Positions 23,501-35,880 of a stretch of 64,000 nucleotides of DNA are shown here, piece after piece. Each line of letters begins with the position of its first letter. The stretch's first letter is position 1. Below the pieces are notes generated by a model. It saw nothing but the letters and a program-made list of their open reading frames with translations. It made no database searches and was not told the DNA's origin. The translations under genes were made by a program, and so were the position numbers. Origin of the DNA: Xylographa opegraphella (lineage: Eukaryota); the NCBI GenBank assembly GCA_022813865.1, contig JALDZX010000001.1:124001-188000 (forward strand), in the 5' to 3' direction.

Positions 23501-24373
23501 ACCGCATGATTCATGGCTCCCAGCAACAGTGGAGCTTGATGCCTACTCACGCCGTCCTGAGCTTCGTCCGACCCGCCAGTTTCGTAGCGGGCAGTATGGG
23601 CGCGGGCGGCCAGACTCGATTTACCTCATGGCTAGGAAATAACAGTAAACTTGGTAGGTCGTTGGTCTTGATTATTTTCTATTGACAAGAGGAGAAGACT
23701 AATCAGCCGTGCAGGTAAATACAGTCGTCTCGTCAAAGACATTCAAGGTCACATGCGTCTCCGTGCCTCTGGAGATCGCCATGAGATCCGGCAGCAATAC
23801 CTCCCAGTGCTTTGGACTCGGTTGGTCAAGGCTCTCGAGTACAGCGGGAGCGAGATCAGCGGGATCGAGGAGATCATCACTCTTATGGATAGCTACTTCC
23901 TCACCAAGGACGACTGGGATTCCATATACGAACTCGGGGTCGGGCCACAACGCGAGGAAATGGTCGAGCTGAGCACGGCGGCCAAAACGGCATTCACTCG
24001 GACGTACAACAAGTTGAGCCATCCTTTACCTTTCATGAAAGCCGGAGGAGGGCTCGCGCCGATGAAAAAGGCGAAGGAAGTTCCGGATCTCGAGGAAGCG
24101 ATCGAAGAGAGTGACGATGGCGAGGTCCTGGGCGACGCAGCCGACGACGATGAGGAGGAGGAGGAGGAGCTGGATCTGAAAAAGGACAAATACGTGACGG
24201 CGGCCAAGAAGAAAGCTGGACCCAAGGGGGCGACGGGCAAGAAGGGCAAGAGTAAAGTGAAGAAGGAGGATGAGGACGAGGAAGAGGAGGTGGACAGCGA
24301 GGAGGAGACCAAGCCGACGAAGGGGAAAGGCAAAGGCATGGCGACGGCAGGGCGGGGCCGGTCCAAGAAGTAA
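20544..24373 (+). CDS. RFC1: Replication factor C subunit 1 (BRCT + AAA+), with several short 5' exons
   Basis: MPSDIRSFFGG start; BRCT CLAGLTFVFTG; LWTVKYAP; GGPGIGKTT; NASDTRSK; MDEVDGMSAGDRGG; YFNDHEF. Confidence 0.96.
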
Positions 24374-25385
24374 GCATCCGGAAGTCGGTGTATAGGTACT
24401 TTGTCACCAGGTGAGAAAATCTTGATCCATGGGCACAACCGACTGGGTCGGCTCCACGCAGGTGCATTACTCATCATCTTTCGCATTTCTACGGCTCTTT
24501 GTGTTAATATACCTTATTGCTCCATGGCGCTTACACAGTTCTTGGTAGAGTTTGCCACGATCCTCGGAGAGCAAGTCAGGCGTGAGAGCTGACTTTGTAA
24601 CCACTGTGTACCATATTGACTGTATTTAATATTGTTAATTGTGTGTGTGGTAAGGTATGTGCGTGTGCCTCGCTTCACCGATCGGATCGAAGCGATCCAG
24701 CTTTCCTGTGATCACCTTCGCCGCGGAGCAGGGATGTGATATGCAGCGTGACGCAATCCGGGTCCAGCCGACACGTGACACCACGGGCCTTTCTTGCCTC
24801 GGAGCCTGGTTGATCTTCGTCTACGGAGTAGCGTGTGCCCAGTCATCCGCCTTGGCGGACGGGAAGCTTTGACGCCGCTCCTAGCGTCGTCCTCCCTGCT
24901 TCCTGCAGAACAGCTGTCCAATCAGAGCTCGATCCATGGTGCCGTTCCCCACCACCATTGACGTCAATCGCCTGTCTTCTCAAGTCACACAACACCGCAC
25001 ACCGCGCGCCCTGAAACCTAGAGCGCTGCCTCGAAGGAAGTATTATTGGCTTTTCATCCTTCCTTCCTTCCTTCTTTAGAACGGCGGTCTGCAGCCTCTT
25101 CAGCTGGTCTTTCTTGTCATATGTCCCTCAGTTTCCTGCAATCTTCAGAAACCAGAACGCATACTTGCATCTTTATGCGATCCATATCCGAAGAGCTTTG
25201 TATTGCTACAAGAGGGCAATTAGGATATCTTGTATGTGAGACTCTATCCAAGGTCAAAAGTTCAGAGGTCTGTCACAAGCGTCCCACCCTCCTTGTGCAT
25301 GCTGACATCTTCGTGCCAGTCCTCGCTCCAGTCCTAATCACATCCAAGCCAGGCCGTACCGTTATCACGTTAGCGATTGAGTAGC

Positions 25386-27644
25386 ATGGCAGACCATGCC
25401 GACGTACCCAGACGGGACAGTCTCTCTGGTGACTCCGACAATCATACCCAGGTCGGAGACCCAGATATGAAGAATCAATCTGTGGTTGACCCGGCGCACA
25501 AAGGCTCAGTGCCCACTGCAGACCACATTGATTACACCCGTGCCAAGGATGGCAACTATGATGGCGATGCTGAAACGCGTGAGGACCGGATTGAATCCGT
25601 ATCTCATCCTCGCCGCAAGGGTTCGATGACTGCCGCTGAGCGGGCACGACGTAACGCGAACGCAAAGCTAGCAAATCCGCTTGCGGGCTATTCGCAGGAC
25701 GAATTAAAAGCGATGGGAGCTGCTTTCGCCAAGAAATATCAGATTGGCGAGGAGGAAGATAAGAGGGCTTTCGAACTCGGGGCTTGCCTTGCCGAGGATC
25801 CGCTCAACTACGGTGCAGTAGAGGGTCTCGAGCCGAGCGAGATTGAAGTCTTAAAGAGGGAGTTCACAAACCGGTGGTCGCAGCCCAAGCTCCTATACCT
25901 CGTCATTGTTCTCTGCTCCACGTGCGCAGCTGTCCAGGGCATGGGTGAGTTTGGACCCTCGTGTCTGGTTTTTCTTTGGGCATAAGTCTAATACGCATTG
26001 TAGACGAGACCGTGGTCAACGGTGGCCAGCTGTTTTACGGTCCTCAATTCGGCATTGGCGGTAAAGACCCGCGATCGACATGGCTTCTCGGTTTGGTCAA
26101 CTCGGCTCCCTATCTGTGCTGTGCCTTTATAGGATGCTGGCTTACGGTTCCATTTAATAATATCTTCGGACGTCGCGGTACAATTTTCATCACCTGTACT
26201 TTCTCTGCACTGGCATGCTTCTGGCAAGCATTTACGAATACTTGGTGGCACATGTTCATAGCGCGATTTGCGCTTGGCTTCGGTATCGGTCCTAAATCGG
26301 CGACAGTCCCGATATACGCAGCAGAAACCACCCCCCCGGGTATTCGTGGTGCACTTGTTATGCAATGGCAAATGTGGACAGCGTTTGGTATCATGCTGGG
26401 GTATGTCGCGGATCTCGCCTTCTATCAGGTTCCTGATCCAGCCGGCATCACTGGTCTAAAGTGGCGACTCATGATGGCTTCAGCAATGATGCCTGCGGTC
26501 ATCGTTGTCTGCTTTGTCTTTTTGTGCCCCGAGTCTCCGCGTTGGTATCTTAGCAAAGGCAGGCACTACAAGGCATACCAATCTATGGTGAAATTGCGAT
26601 ACAATAGAGTCCAGGCTGCTCGCGATCTGTTCTATATGCACACTCTCTTGGAGGCTGAGAACGAACTTGCGCTTCATCGAGGAAATCCCGTCAAGGAACT
26701 CATTACGATACCGAGGAATCGACGAGCCTTGATTGGTTCTGAAATTGTACGCAGTCTATCTGGTCTTTACCGCGTCTAATGCTAACGTGCCACTTCACCA
26801 GGTTATGTTCATGCAACAATTCTGCGGCGTCAACGTAATTGCTTACTATTCGTCACAAATTTTTGTCGATGCTCAATTTACCGAAGTATCTGCCCTTGCT
26901 GCTTCGCTGGGCTTTGGCATTATCAACTTTGTGTTTGCAATTCCAGCTATCTACACCATCGACACCTTCGGCCGCCGAAACCTGCTGCTCACGACCTTCC
27001 CGTTGATGTCCCTGTTTCTGTTCTTCACGGGCTTCAGTTTCTTGATCCCAGAAGCTACTATGCACACAGCTCGGATCGCCTGCATTGCTCTTGGAATCTA
27101 CCTCTTCGGCGTTGTTTACTCGCCAGGAGAAGGGCCGGTGCCTTTCACTTACTCCGCTGAAGCATATCCGTTGTATATTCGCCCGCTGGGAATGTCCCTG
27201 GCTACCGCTACGACGTGGTTCTTCAACTTCGTTCTCTCCATCACTTGGCCGTCGCTCGAGACGGCTTTCACAACGACCGGTGCATTCTGCTGGTATGCTG
27301 CGTAAGTCTCTCCACCCTCTCTGTCAGAAGTCCGCTGATCGTGAACAGATGGAACATCGTTGGCTTCTTTGCCGTGCTCTTCTTCCTGCCTGAAACGAAG
27401 GGCAAGACTCTCGAGGAACTAGATCAGGTCTTTGGTAAGATGTCCAGTGCCCATGAGTACTCGCTTTTTGTTGACCGCGTCAGGAATGCCCACACATGCA
27501 CATGCTGCCTATGGAGCACGCCAGATTCCGTACTTCTTCAAGAGGTACATCCTCCGCCAACGCATCGAGCCCGAGCGGCTATACGAAAAGGAGTCTGAAG
27601 GGGAGGTGGAATATGACCACGACGAAGAGAAGTACTTGAAATAG
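25386..27644 (+). CDS. MFS sugar porter (myo-inositol/polyol-type)
   Basis: FGRRGTIF, GIGPKSATVPIYAAE, RGALVMQWQMWTAFGIMLG, PESPRW, QQFCGVNVIAYYS, PETKGKTLEELD; 4 introns. Confidence 0.93.
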
Positions 27645-28106
27645 ATCACTTTGACTGGCGTGTTGGTCACGGGAGTTTATCCACCGATTCCCTGCGGCAC
27701 GACTGGACCGTCGTGCTGGCACTTTTGTGTACTTTGATGTCGACGCCCAGCCAGGGTTCGCCCTGCTGGTATAGATGACCAGGATATTCTACATGCTATA
27801 TAACATGAATGAAAGTCTATGCCTAGAAACAATATACCCTATTGGTCCCGGCTACCGTTTTCATATTCTCCCGTATCTTTGTTTGTTACGCCATAATACC
27901 CTAAAAACCACCCCAACCCAGTAAAGGGGCTCGCTTCGCTACAAAGTGCCCCGCTCTCCGCCGAACGACTCCCTCCACGAAAGTGCCCACACCAGACACC
28001 TAGATAGACACATAATACCTTAGCTACGTCCCACGCACATCCGCACCCCCCACCGCTCCTTCTTCCCTCAAAGAAACCCTCTTTCTCTCCCTCAAACCCA
28101 GCAGCC

Positions 28107-29215
28107 ATGGCGATCGCGCACACGCACGCGCACGACCACCTCCCCCCGCACACGCACCCGCCCGCCTTCTCCGCCGCCGAGCACGGCCATTCGCACGACG
28201 TCCTCGACGGCCCGGGCTCGTACATGGCCCGGGAGATGCCGCTGATCGAGGGCCGCGATTGGCGCGATCGCGCTTTCACCGTCGGTATCGGTGGGTAGGT
28301 ACGCTCCGCGAGGGTTACCTCCTCCCGCCTCACTCTCTTCCTCCCCCACGACCATCCCGAGGGCACCCACGATGTTTTGCGCGAAACGGGCACACCACTG
28401 ACCACCCACCCCTGGCACGCAACAGGCCCGTCGGCTCCGGCAAAACGGCGCTCATGCTCGCGCTATGTCTACGGCTGCGGGACGAGTACAGCATCGCGGC
28501 GGTGACGAACGATATATTCACGCGGTATGTCGCTAGAGGGCGCTTCTCATCCCCCTTCCTCTCCTCCCACACGCAACCGCTAATCCCTCCGCCCCCTCTC
28601 CCCAGCGAAGACGCCGAATTCCTCACCCGCCACGCCGCCCTGCCCGCGGCGCGCATCCAAGCCATCGAAACCGGCGGCTGCCCGCACGCGGCGGTGCGGG
28701 AGGACATATCGGCCAACCTGCAAGCGCTGCAGACGCTGCACGCCCGCTTCGCCACCGACCTGCTGCTCATCGAGAGCGGGGGCGATAACCTGGCTGCCAA
28801 CTATAGCCGCGAGCTGGCGGACTTTATCGTCTATGTGATCGATGTCGCGGGCGGCGATAAGGTGCCGCGGAAGGGGGGGCCCGGGATCACGGGCAGTGAT
28901 TTGTTGGTTGTTAATAAGACTGATTTGGCGGAGGCGGTGGGGGCCGATTTGGCGGTTATGGAGAGGGATGCGGGGAGGATGAGGTGAGTTTTTCTTTTGG
29001 TTGGGTAGGGGGGGGGGAGGGAAGGAGGGGTGTTGGCTGATCTTGTGGGTTCCGGTAGGGATGGCGGGCCGACTATCTTCGCGGTCGTGAAGCATGGGAA
29101 GGGGGTCGATGATATTGTCGGCTTGATACTGAGCGCGTGGAAGAGCAGTGGGGCGTACGAGGTCAGTTTGGAGAAGTGGAAGCGCGAGGGCAAGAAGAGT
29201 AGTGTTGGAGGATGA
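28107..29215 (+). CDS. ureG: Urease accessory GTPase UreG
   Basis: His-rich N-terminus; [43 protein letters not shown]; 3 introns. Confidence 0.96.
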
Positions 29216-29647
29216 GGCTGGGGTGGTACCGATCCGGTGAGGGTTACGGGTGAGGGTAGTTACGGTGGTGACACGGTCAGCAGCTTCAAGGATGTGGTTG
29301 TGGATACTAAGATACTCCCGATATATATGAATGTTTTTTTTTTCTCGAGATGCTTGAGTGGGATATGCTCGGGGTTTGGATAATGTTACGTCCGGTCAGC
29401 CAGCAGAACCACTATGGTATGGAGAGCACGGCACCGCCGGTCCTACAGCGCAAGAGTTGTCTGAGTCCTGTGGGCTGAGATGCTCGGAGGTGTTTACGCC
29501 ATCAATAGGCGATACGCTAGCTGTGGATAAGACCTCCCGTTCTCTATTGTACAACATCCTAACCGAGGACAGTGATCCGCTGCAAACGCACCACCAACCG
29601 AGATCTGCAAACGCACCACCACACCAGGCCGCCCGTCCTCCTCCTCA

Positions 29648-31611
29648 TCACCACTCGAGTATCAGCTCAAGATCGTTCTTGAGCTCGCTCTCGTTCGCCG
29701 CGCAACTGGCGGCAAATCGGCGTTCAAAACCCGCCCTCCAGGGCTCCACCGCTACACTCTGCGGGTCGATGTATTGGCTGTAATGGTGCGCGCGGCCGAA
29801 GTCGATGATGCGAAAGCTGGGTGTCGCTGAGGAGCGCTCGCTCGGCGGGCGCGTGAGCGGCCCCGGCTGCGTGAGGATGTTGCGCGTGTAGGGCGAGTTT
29901 TGCACGATGGAGGCTCGGTGGAGGCGGAGGAAGAGGGAGTAGATCTCCTCTCTACCGTGGTCCTTTTTCAGTTTTCGTTCACCGGATTGAGGGGGGGGGG
30001 GGGTTCCCTTACTTGTTCGCTTCGCTCAGACTCTCCGCTTGGACGGGCACGCCGCAGTCTTCGACGAGCAGGATGGGGCTCAAGCGCTCCGCCGCTTCTG
30101 TTGGCCCTTCGGGCTTGTAGTAGCCGTAGAACTTGGGCACCACTGCGCCTACAGGCACTGGGCGCTCGAGACCTGGCACCAGGTTGAAGCCGCACCAATC
30201 CTGCTGCATGTGCCGGCGAGCCTTCGTGGATAGTTTGCCGAGGATTTCGGCCTCGTTTTCCAGATGGCCGCGGTGCTTTTCCGACGGGAAGGAGGTTTTC
30301 GCGATAACGGTCACATCGCCGGTCAGCGAACGGTGGTTGGTCGTGAGTGGTGGTGGCGGGAGGAAAGACGCACGATAGACCGAAGCGTGGTGGCCGGTGC
30401 CACACAGATTAGCCCTAGAGAGGTTGAGGTAACCAGTTCGAAGCTCGTGCTCGGGTGGATTTCCTGCGCCTCACATCAGACTTCATTCGCTAATTATAAT
30501 TACAGCGTTGTGCAGATTGTTAGCGGCCACGAAGGCATTATGATATTGGATTGCAACCATCGGGTCAACAACAGAACGCGAACCACATGAAAGGTTGGAT
30601 GAGTTCCATTCGTGACAGTTCACAAGAACATGAAATATCAACGGAAATGCACAGATTCATACCTTTATGCGTCGTAATGGGACGCACCCGATGATATCGA
30701 CGTTGTGATTTCCCCTCACCAATCCTATCCTCGACCGACTCATTCTTCTCTCGCAGTCCTTGCTCGCCTGTTGCACAGTCGTCGTCGTCGTTGACGATGA
30801 GTATGTCAGGTAAAAACTCATCTGGAATGAATTCTTCGAGCTTTGGGGGCATTCGATTTATCGTGCTGATTTCGCTGCTGTAGGGGATCGTCTCAGCATC
30901 GACACATTCCTTTGTTCTCTGCTGTTGCTGTGATTGCGAGAATTTCGAGGTACTGGATTCGTTTGATTCCCAGTGGTTCACGACAGAACAGATGTCCGGA
31001 AGAGATTTGCTCTTCTTCATCAGCTCTCCTCGGTTTGGGCAGTTGCAATGTAAGTCGAAATGATGTTTTGCACAATCCTGGGAGTTTGTGGGGATTCTCA
31101 ATCTGGGATCTCCACAATGACCACAGAAACACTCTATGCTTCCAGACTTCTTGCTCTTGCTCAAGTTAGGCACATGATAATCTTCGTCGGAGTAAGAGCT
31201 CTTCAGTTCCCAAGGAGTATGGTGGAGCTGACGGCAGTAATCGAAGTCCTCCTCTGCGAAGCCCATACTCTGTACACTGGGGATCGTCTCGGGGAAGTTC
31301 AAGAGTGGCCAAGGCTTTCTGGGGCTTACTTCCCAGCCGTCAATATGTGCTGGTCGACGTTTGGTGTTGATCGTCTGAGGTATATCGTTGGACACGAATT
31401 CGAATACTCTCACCATGCTAATAGACCAGTAGATAGGATCGAACCTGTCCCCCAGGGGTCGAACATCGTACAGATCATCCAGATCATGCGCCCAAACAAG
31501 GCCATTTGGAGTGCGGATTCCCCATGGCACGTGGAAGCCCGGCAGACCGAAACCTTGACTGTCCAGATCCAATGGTCGGCGTCGAGTAACCTCGCGACTT
31601 TGGTGATCCAT
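29648..31611 (-). CDS. Protein-kinase-fold protein without the catalytic Asp (pseudokinase-like), 3 exons
   Basis: Spliced product has GTGHHASVYRA (Gly loop), VIAK, HLENEAEI (alphaC Glu), VVPKFYGYY, SPILLVEDCG, LHRASIVQNSPYTRNIL (catalytic loop lacking HRD) and FRIIDFGRA. Introns at ~30464-30662 and ~29952-30012. Confidence 0.8.
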
Positions 31612-32666
31612 CGAGGTAGCAGGAGCGATAGAAACCTTCCAAATAGTGGCTCGTGATCTTACTGCCCAAGAACGAGTGAAATAGTCAAGAAGAGAATGGA
31701 TGTATGCTCATCGAAGGTGAGGACGGACAAGAAATAAGAAGAAAGTGAACGAGCCAACACGCCAAGCATGAGGAAATTGCTAAAGGGTCCGCAAAGTGAA
31801 TATTGTTCTGGGTATTCATAAGCAGATGCATACCACCGTTACTCCTGACTCATTGCATCAAGCTATCCCAGTTTGAAATGGCACCATATCTGTTACCCTC
31901 AGTCGTGAAACGGCGCGGCATCTTTGTCCGCAGCGATGAACAGCACAAGTACAGCATGTTTAGGGAATCTCAAGGGGCACTTAGCACGCAGCCGGAACCT
32001 GGGCACCAGAATGCTATTTCACGCCGGAAACCAGATATGTCTATTGCGGTCAGAGCCTTCCATCTTCGTCAATTGGGACAGTCGTAGGGAACGCAGCGGC
32101 TATATACTAAACTCTATACCATAACCATCGGGCAGGTCTTCCATCTCATGAGATCAATCAATCATGGAAGCACGAAGCCATTGGCTTGGCTGACGAGCAT
32201 ATGGCACCCGGTGAACAAAGCCGTCTTGTTGACCTCAATCGTACTCTGACCTTTAATGACCCCACGGATCTCTCATATTACAACGTTGCCAGTACTCCGG
32301 GCTTGCAGGGTCCACAGATGATGGTAGTATACACGTAAAAGGCACATCCATAGTTGTCCCGAAAGTCCACTGCTGCAGAAACCGATGTTGAGTAATCCCA
32401 AGCTTGACTTCCATGACCTTGTTGGCCATGTCGACTGTCTCCGCTGCGGCACTCATAAATATGCCCCTGTAACGAAGAACATTCCGCATACAAATGGAGG
32501 CTGATGACATCCATCCTTCCCGTGAAGTTGATATCCAGAATAAGCGCTTGCCGCCAACACGCGCCTAAGCGCGTACCCGACACACCGCGATATCTCACTC
32601 ACATCAAGCACCCCCCCCCCTCACACCCAGCTCCCACCCCTTGCACGGCCCCGGACACCAGCAAAC

Positions 32667-33493
32667 ATGACGAGCGCCACACGTCCCTCCCCGACAACCT
32701 TCACCGACACACTCGCCTCCCTCCTGCGCCTCCCCGACGAAACCCTCGCCATGGCGTCCATCTACGTGCACAAACATGCGCGCTTCCACCACAACTCCTC
32801 CACGCTCTGCCCGCTCGACCCGTACGTACGTCCCACCTCTCCCCTAACCCCCGTCCTCCTCCACCACCACATACCCTAACCCCCTCCCCCCCCCCGGGGG
32901 GGCAGCAGACCCTCTCCCTCAGCACACTCTCCCTAGCCGCCAAAGCAAGCGAAGCCCCACGCCCCCCCTCAGCGCTCCTCCTGCCCGCCCACCGCCTCGC
33001 AAACCCCGCCAGCGCCCCCCTCGCCACGAGCTCGCCCGCCTACGCGCCCCTGCGCCGCACCCTCCTCGCCGCGGAGCAGCACCTGCTGCGCAGCGTGGGT
33101 TTCGCGCTGCGGGTGCCGTCGCCGCTGGTCTTCCTGCCGCGGTATCTGGCGCGCGCACTGGAGCCGCTGGCGGGGCTGCCGGAGCATGAGTATGCGCGCT
33201 GGACGCGGGAGGCGAGGGACGAGTGGGGCGTCGTGGGGCTGATGGAGACGGGGCTGGGGCGCCGGGTGCGCGAGTGGGGGCTGCGGGCGTGTCGGAGCGA
33301 GGAGGTGGTGGCGTGGTGGCCGAGCAGGGCGGTGGCGGCAGGGTGTGTCTGGGTGGCGGTGCGGGAGGCGGGGATGGGAGTGGGGGTTGAGGAGGGGGAG
33401 GAGTGGGTGGCGAGGGTGGGAGGGGGAAAGGTGGATGGAGGGGAGTGGAGGGAGGTGGTGGGGCTTCTGGAGGGGCTGGGACGGTTGACGTGA
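32667..33493 (+). CDS. Divergent cyclin-fold protein (transcriptional cyclin-like)
   Basis: LLRLPDETLAMASIYVHK / LSLSTLSLAAKASEAPR / LLAAEQHLLRSVGFALRVPSP match cyclin-box helices; one intron. Confidence 0.7.
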
Positions 33494-33611
33494 TTGGCGA
33501 AAGGGGGTGCGGATTTGTTGGATGCGGGGAAACTACATGCACGAGGAGTGAACGGGTCGCTTGATTACGGAGTATATCTCACAGGTCTACTACAGGCCGT
33601 GCTGCAACTCT

Positions 33612-35880
33612 TTAGGTCCAGAGCTCGCCGGTTCTCAGGTATCGCACATACTCTCCGACCTCGAAGCCCATCCTGCGCAGCGCACTCTCGGGCACTTTGC
33701 CCACGACCGGGCACAGCAGTGTGATCGTCCTGGCGTCCTGCAGTCTGACCTCCACCCCACCCCCGTTACGGCTGTCCTCTCTTGGGCTGGAGTTCCCGTT
33801 CGTACTGCCGCCCTCACACTGGCTATTCGCTGGACGCACGACGATTGTGATGTCAGGGCCAACAACGCCGCGCCACAACGTTGCCATCCATTGCCAGTGG
33901 TCGATTGGTGCGTACGCGTCTGCGATTGGGATGGTTGATGCAGCTAGATCTGTGAGGGTGAGTTGATAACGCGGAACGATGGCGATAGGAACTAGCGGAG
34001 CTTCTGCAACGGGAGACCCGGGCCAAACTTTATCAGATTCCGAACGTTGATCGCTCCCTTCTGTATGGAGAAGCGGAGCCTGAGTCTTGGGGGAAGCAGG
34101 TCCTGGGGACGGCGGCGACGGTACGGTGGTGATGTACTTGATCAGTTCTGCGGAAATGGAATGCCAATGCGTCATGAGGCTGATGTATTCCGCTAATGAC
34201 GCTTCGCCTTTCTCCGCCCTCTCCAGCGTAGGACTGTCCCAGATTCGGAGCTTGTGATTCTTGTCTTTCGAAAAGATGTCCTCCAGATGTGCCACAACTA
34301 TGTTGACAGCTTCATGATCCGCACCGTCAATAGCAACAATGACGCCTCTGGTTGCGTGGGGAGGTGATGCTGGTCCAGGCGGTGCAAGCTGAGGTGTTAT
34401 CTTGGCAAGGATCTTGATCTTATTGATAGGAGGAATCGACATTATCATGGCCTCAACGGATTTCGCCTGCGATGATGCGTCGGATGCGCCACCGGTCTCC
34501 AGTGGCGGCAAAGTCAGGGAGCTATCGTGTGAAGTGCTGGAGTGATGAGTCGATTTAGGTGGAGCGGCCAACGGAAATTGACTCTTCGGCATGAAATCCG
34601 GACGTGGTAAGGATTCACGGCGCTGAGAAAACGGAAAAGGCGTAAGTTGGCTTGGCTGAGCTCGCACCGGTGTCAGTGGACCGTTGTCGATCCGGCGACG
34701 TTTGAAATCAGGAGACAATGGATCATTCATTTCTTCGCCACGAGATCCTCGTCTCCACAAGTTCTGCGACAGGTTTGGACTGCCGTTAAGCATCATCTGC
34801 CTGTTCTGGAAGTTCCCCGTTTGTGGCGCCACTACACCACCCATGTTGCGCATAGATCGATAGACTCCGGAGCTTGTGAATGGAGTCATCGGTGGAGCCA
34901 TGGTTCCATATACAGTTATTGGAGTTGCCGGGGTGAACAAGCTGGGCGTTCCCATACCTGATGCGGCCATACTCCTACCACCGCACTTCAAGCACCGAGG
35001 AGGATCTCGACTATTTGATAATGCTACGTTCGTGACAGAGTTCCGCCCGTGTCGCCGAGGTTGGTAACGATAATCTGGATATTGTCGCTGATGCCTGAGC
35101 TTTTCCTCCTACATTGAAATAGATCAGCATGTGGCCTTTGGTGGGGAACTCTCTCTATGATTTACCTCAGCCAATAATTTCCAATGATTCTTGATTTCAG
35201 GAGATGACTTTCTCCAGAGCTCACCTATAATCTTCGAAATTTCCGGATTTGCAAGACCTGGGTGCTGAGCTACAACTCCCGTTTGATGGTGTTGCCTGTA
35301 TAAAATGAACGCTGTGAAGCAACGCGTCAGCCAAGGTCGGCAGAATTGACAAAGACTCGTATCAAACAATGAAGAAAAGGACTCGTGTGATCAATAAAGC
35401 TCTTCATATCTTTGCCGGACACTTACCGTTTCTTGGTCTGGGAATTTTGGGATCTGGTTGGCACAGACAAACTTGACTTGCCGACTCTGAAGTCCTTGCC
35501 AAAGTACTAGACGGCGAGACCGATGACAGACTATGTTCAGAACGCTGTAGCTCCTCGACCGAGTCCGGGGAGGGAGCGCGCTTTCGCGCAAGGCTTTCCG
35601 AAGGAGCTACGATTAAAGCAGAATTCGCGCGGTGTGCATCCACTGATTCCTGTTGTGGTGAGTTTGGCAATCGATTCCTTCTTGGGGAAGAAGATCTCAA
35701 TGAAGCCCTTCGAGTATTGATGATGTCGGTAGGGCCCCTGTAAGCAACACTGGTCATGTTGCTGTTGTGAGCAAGAACGCCACTGTTCCGCAATAGAGTG
35801 TCTTGTCTATCAGCTTGGGCATCTAAAGTAGGAATTGTGGTCAATGAGGAGGGTAATGGAAGGACTCGGTGTGTAAACAT
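33612..35880 (-). CDS. HMG-box transcription factor (Rox1/Rfg1-like, MATA_HMG class)
   Basis: VCLCQPDPKIPRPRN / AFILYRQHHQ...HPGLANPEISKIIGELW...WKLLAE / EEKLRHQRQYPDYRYQPRR, followed by a long C-terminus (HWQWMATLWRGVVGPDITI). Confidence 0.88.

Noticed and set aside
33612..35880. HMG box as mating-type gene MAT1-2-1
   Set aside because: The box is N-terminal with a CLC motif and a long Rox1/Rfg1-type C-terminus, and there is no APN2/SLA2 context.
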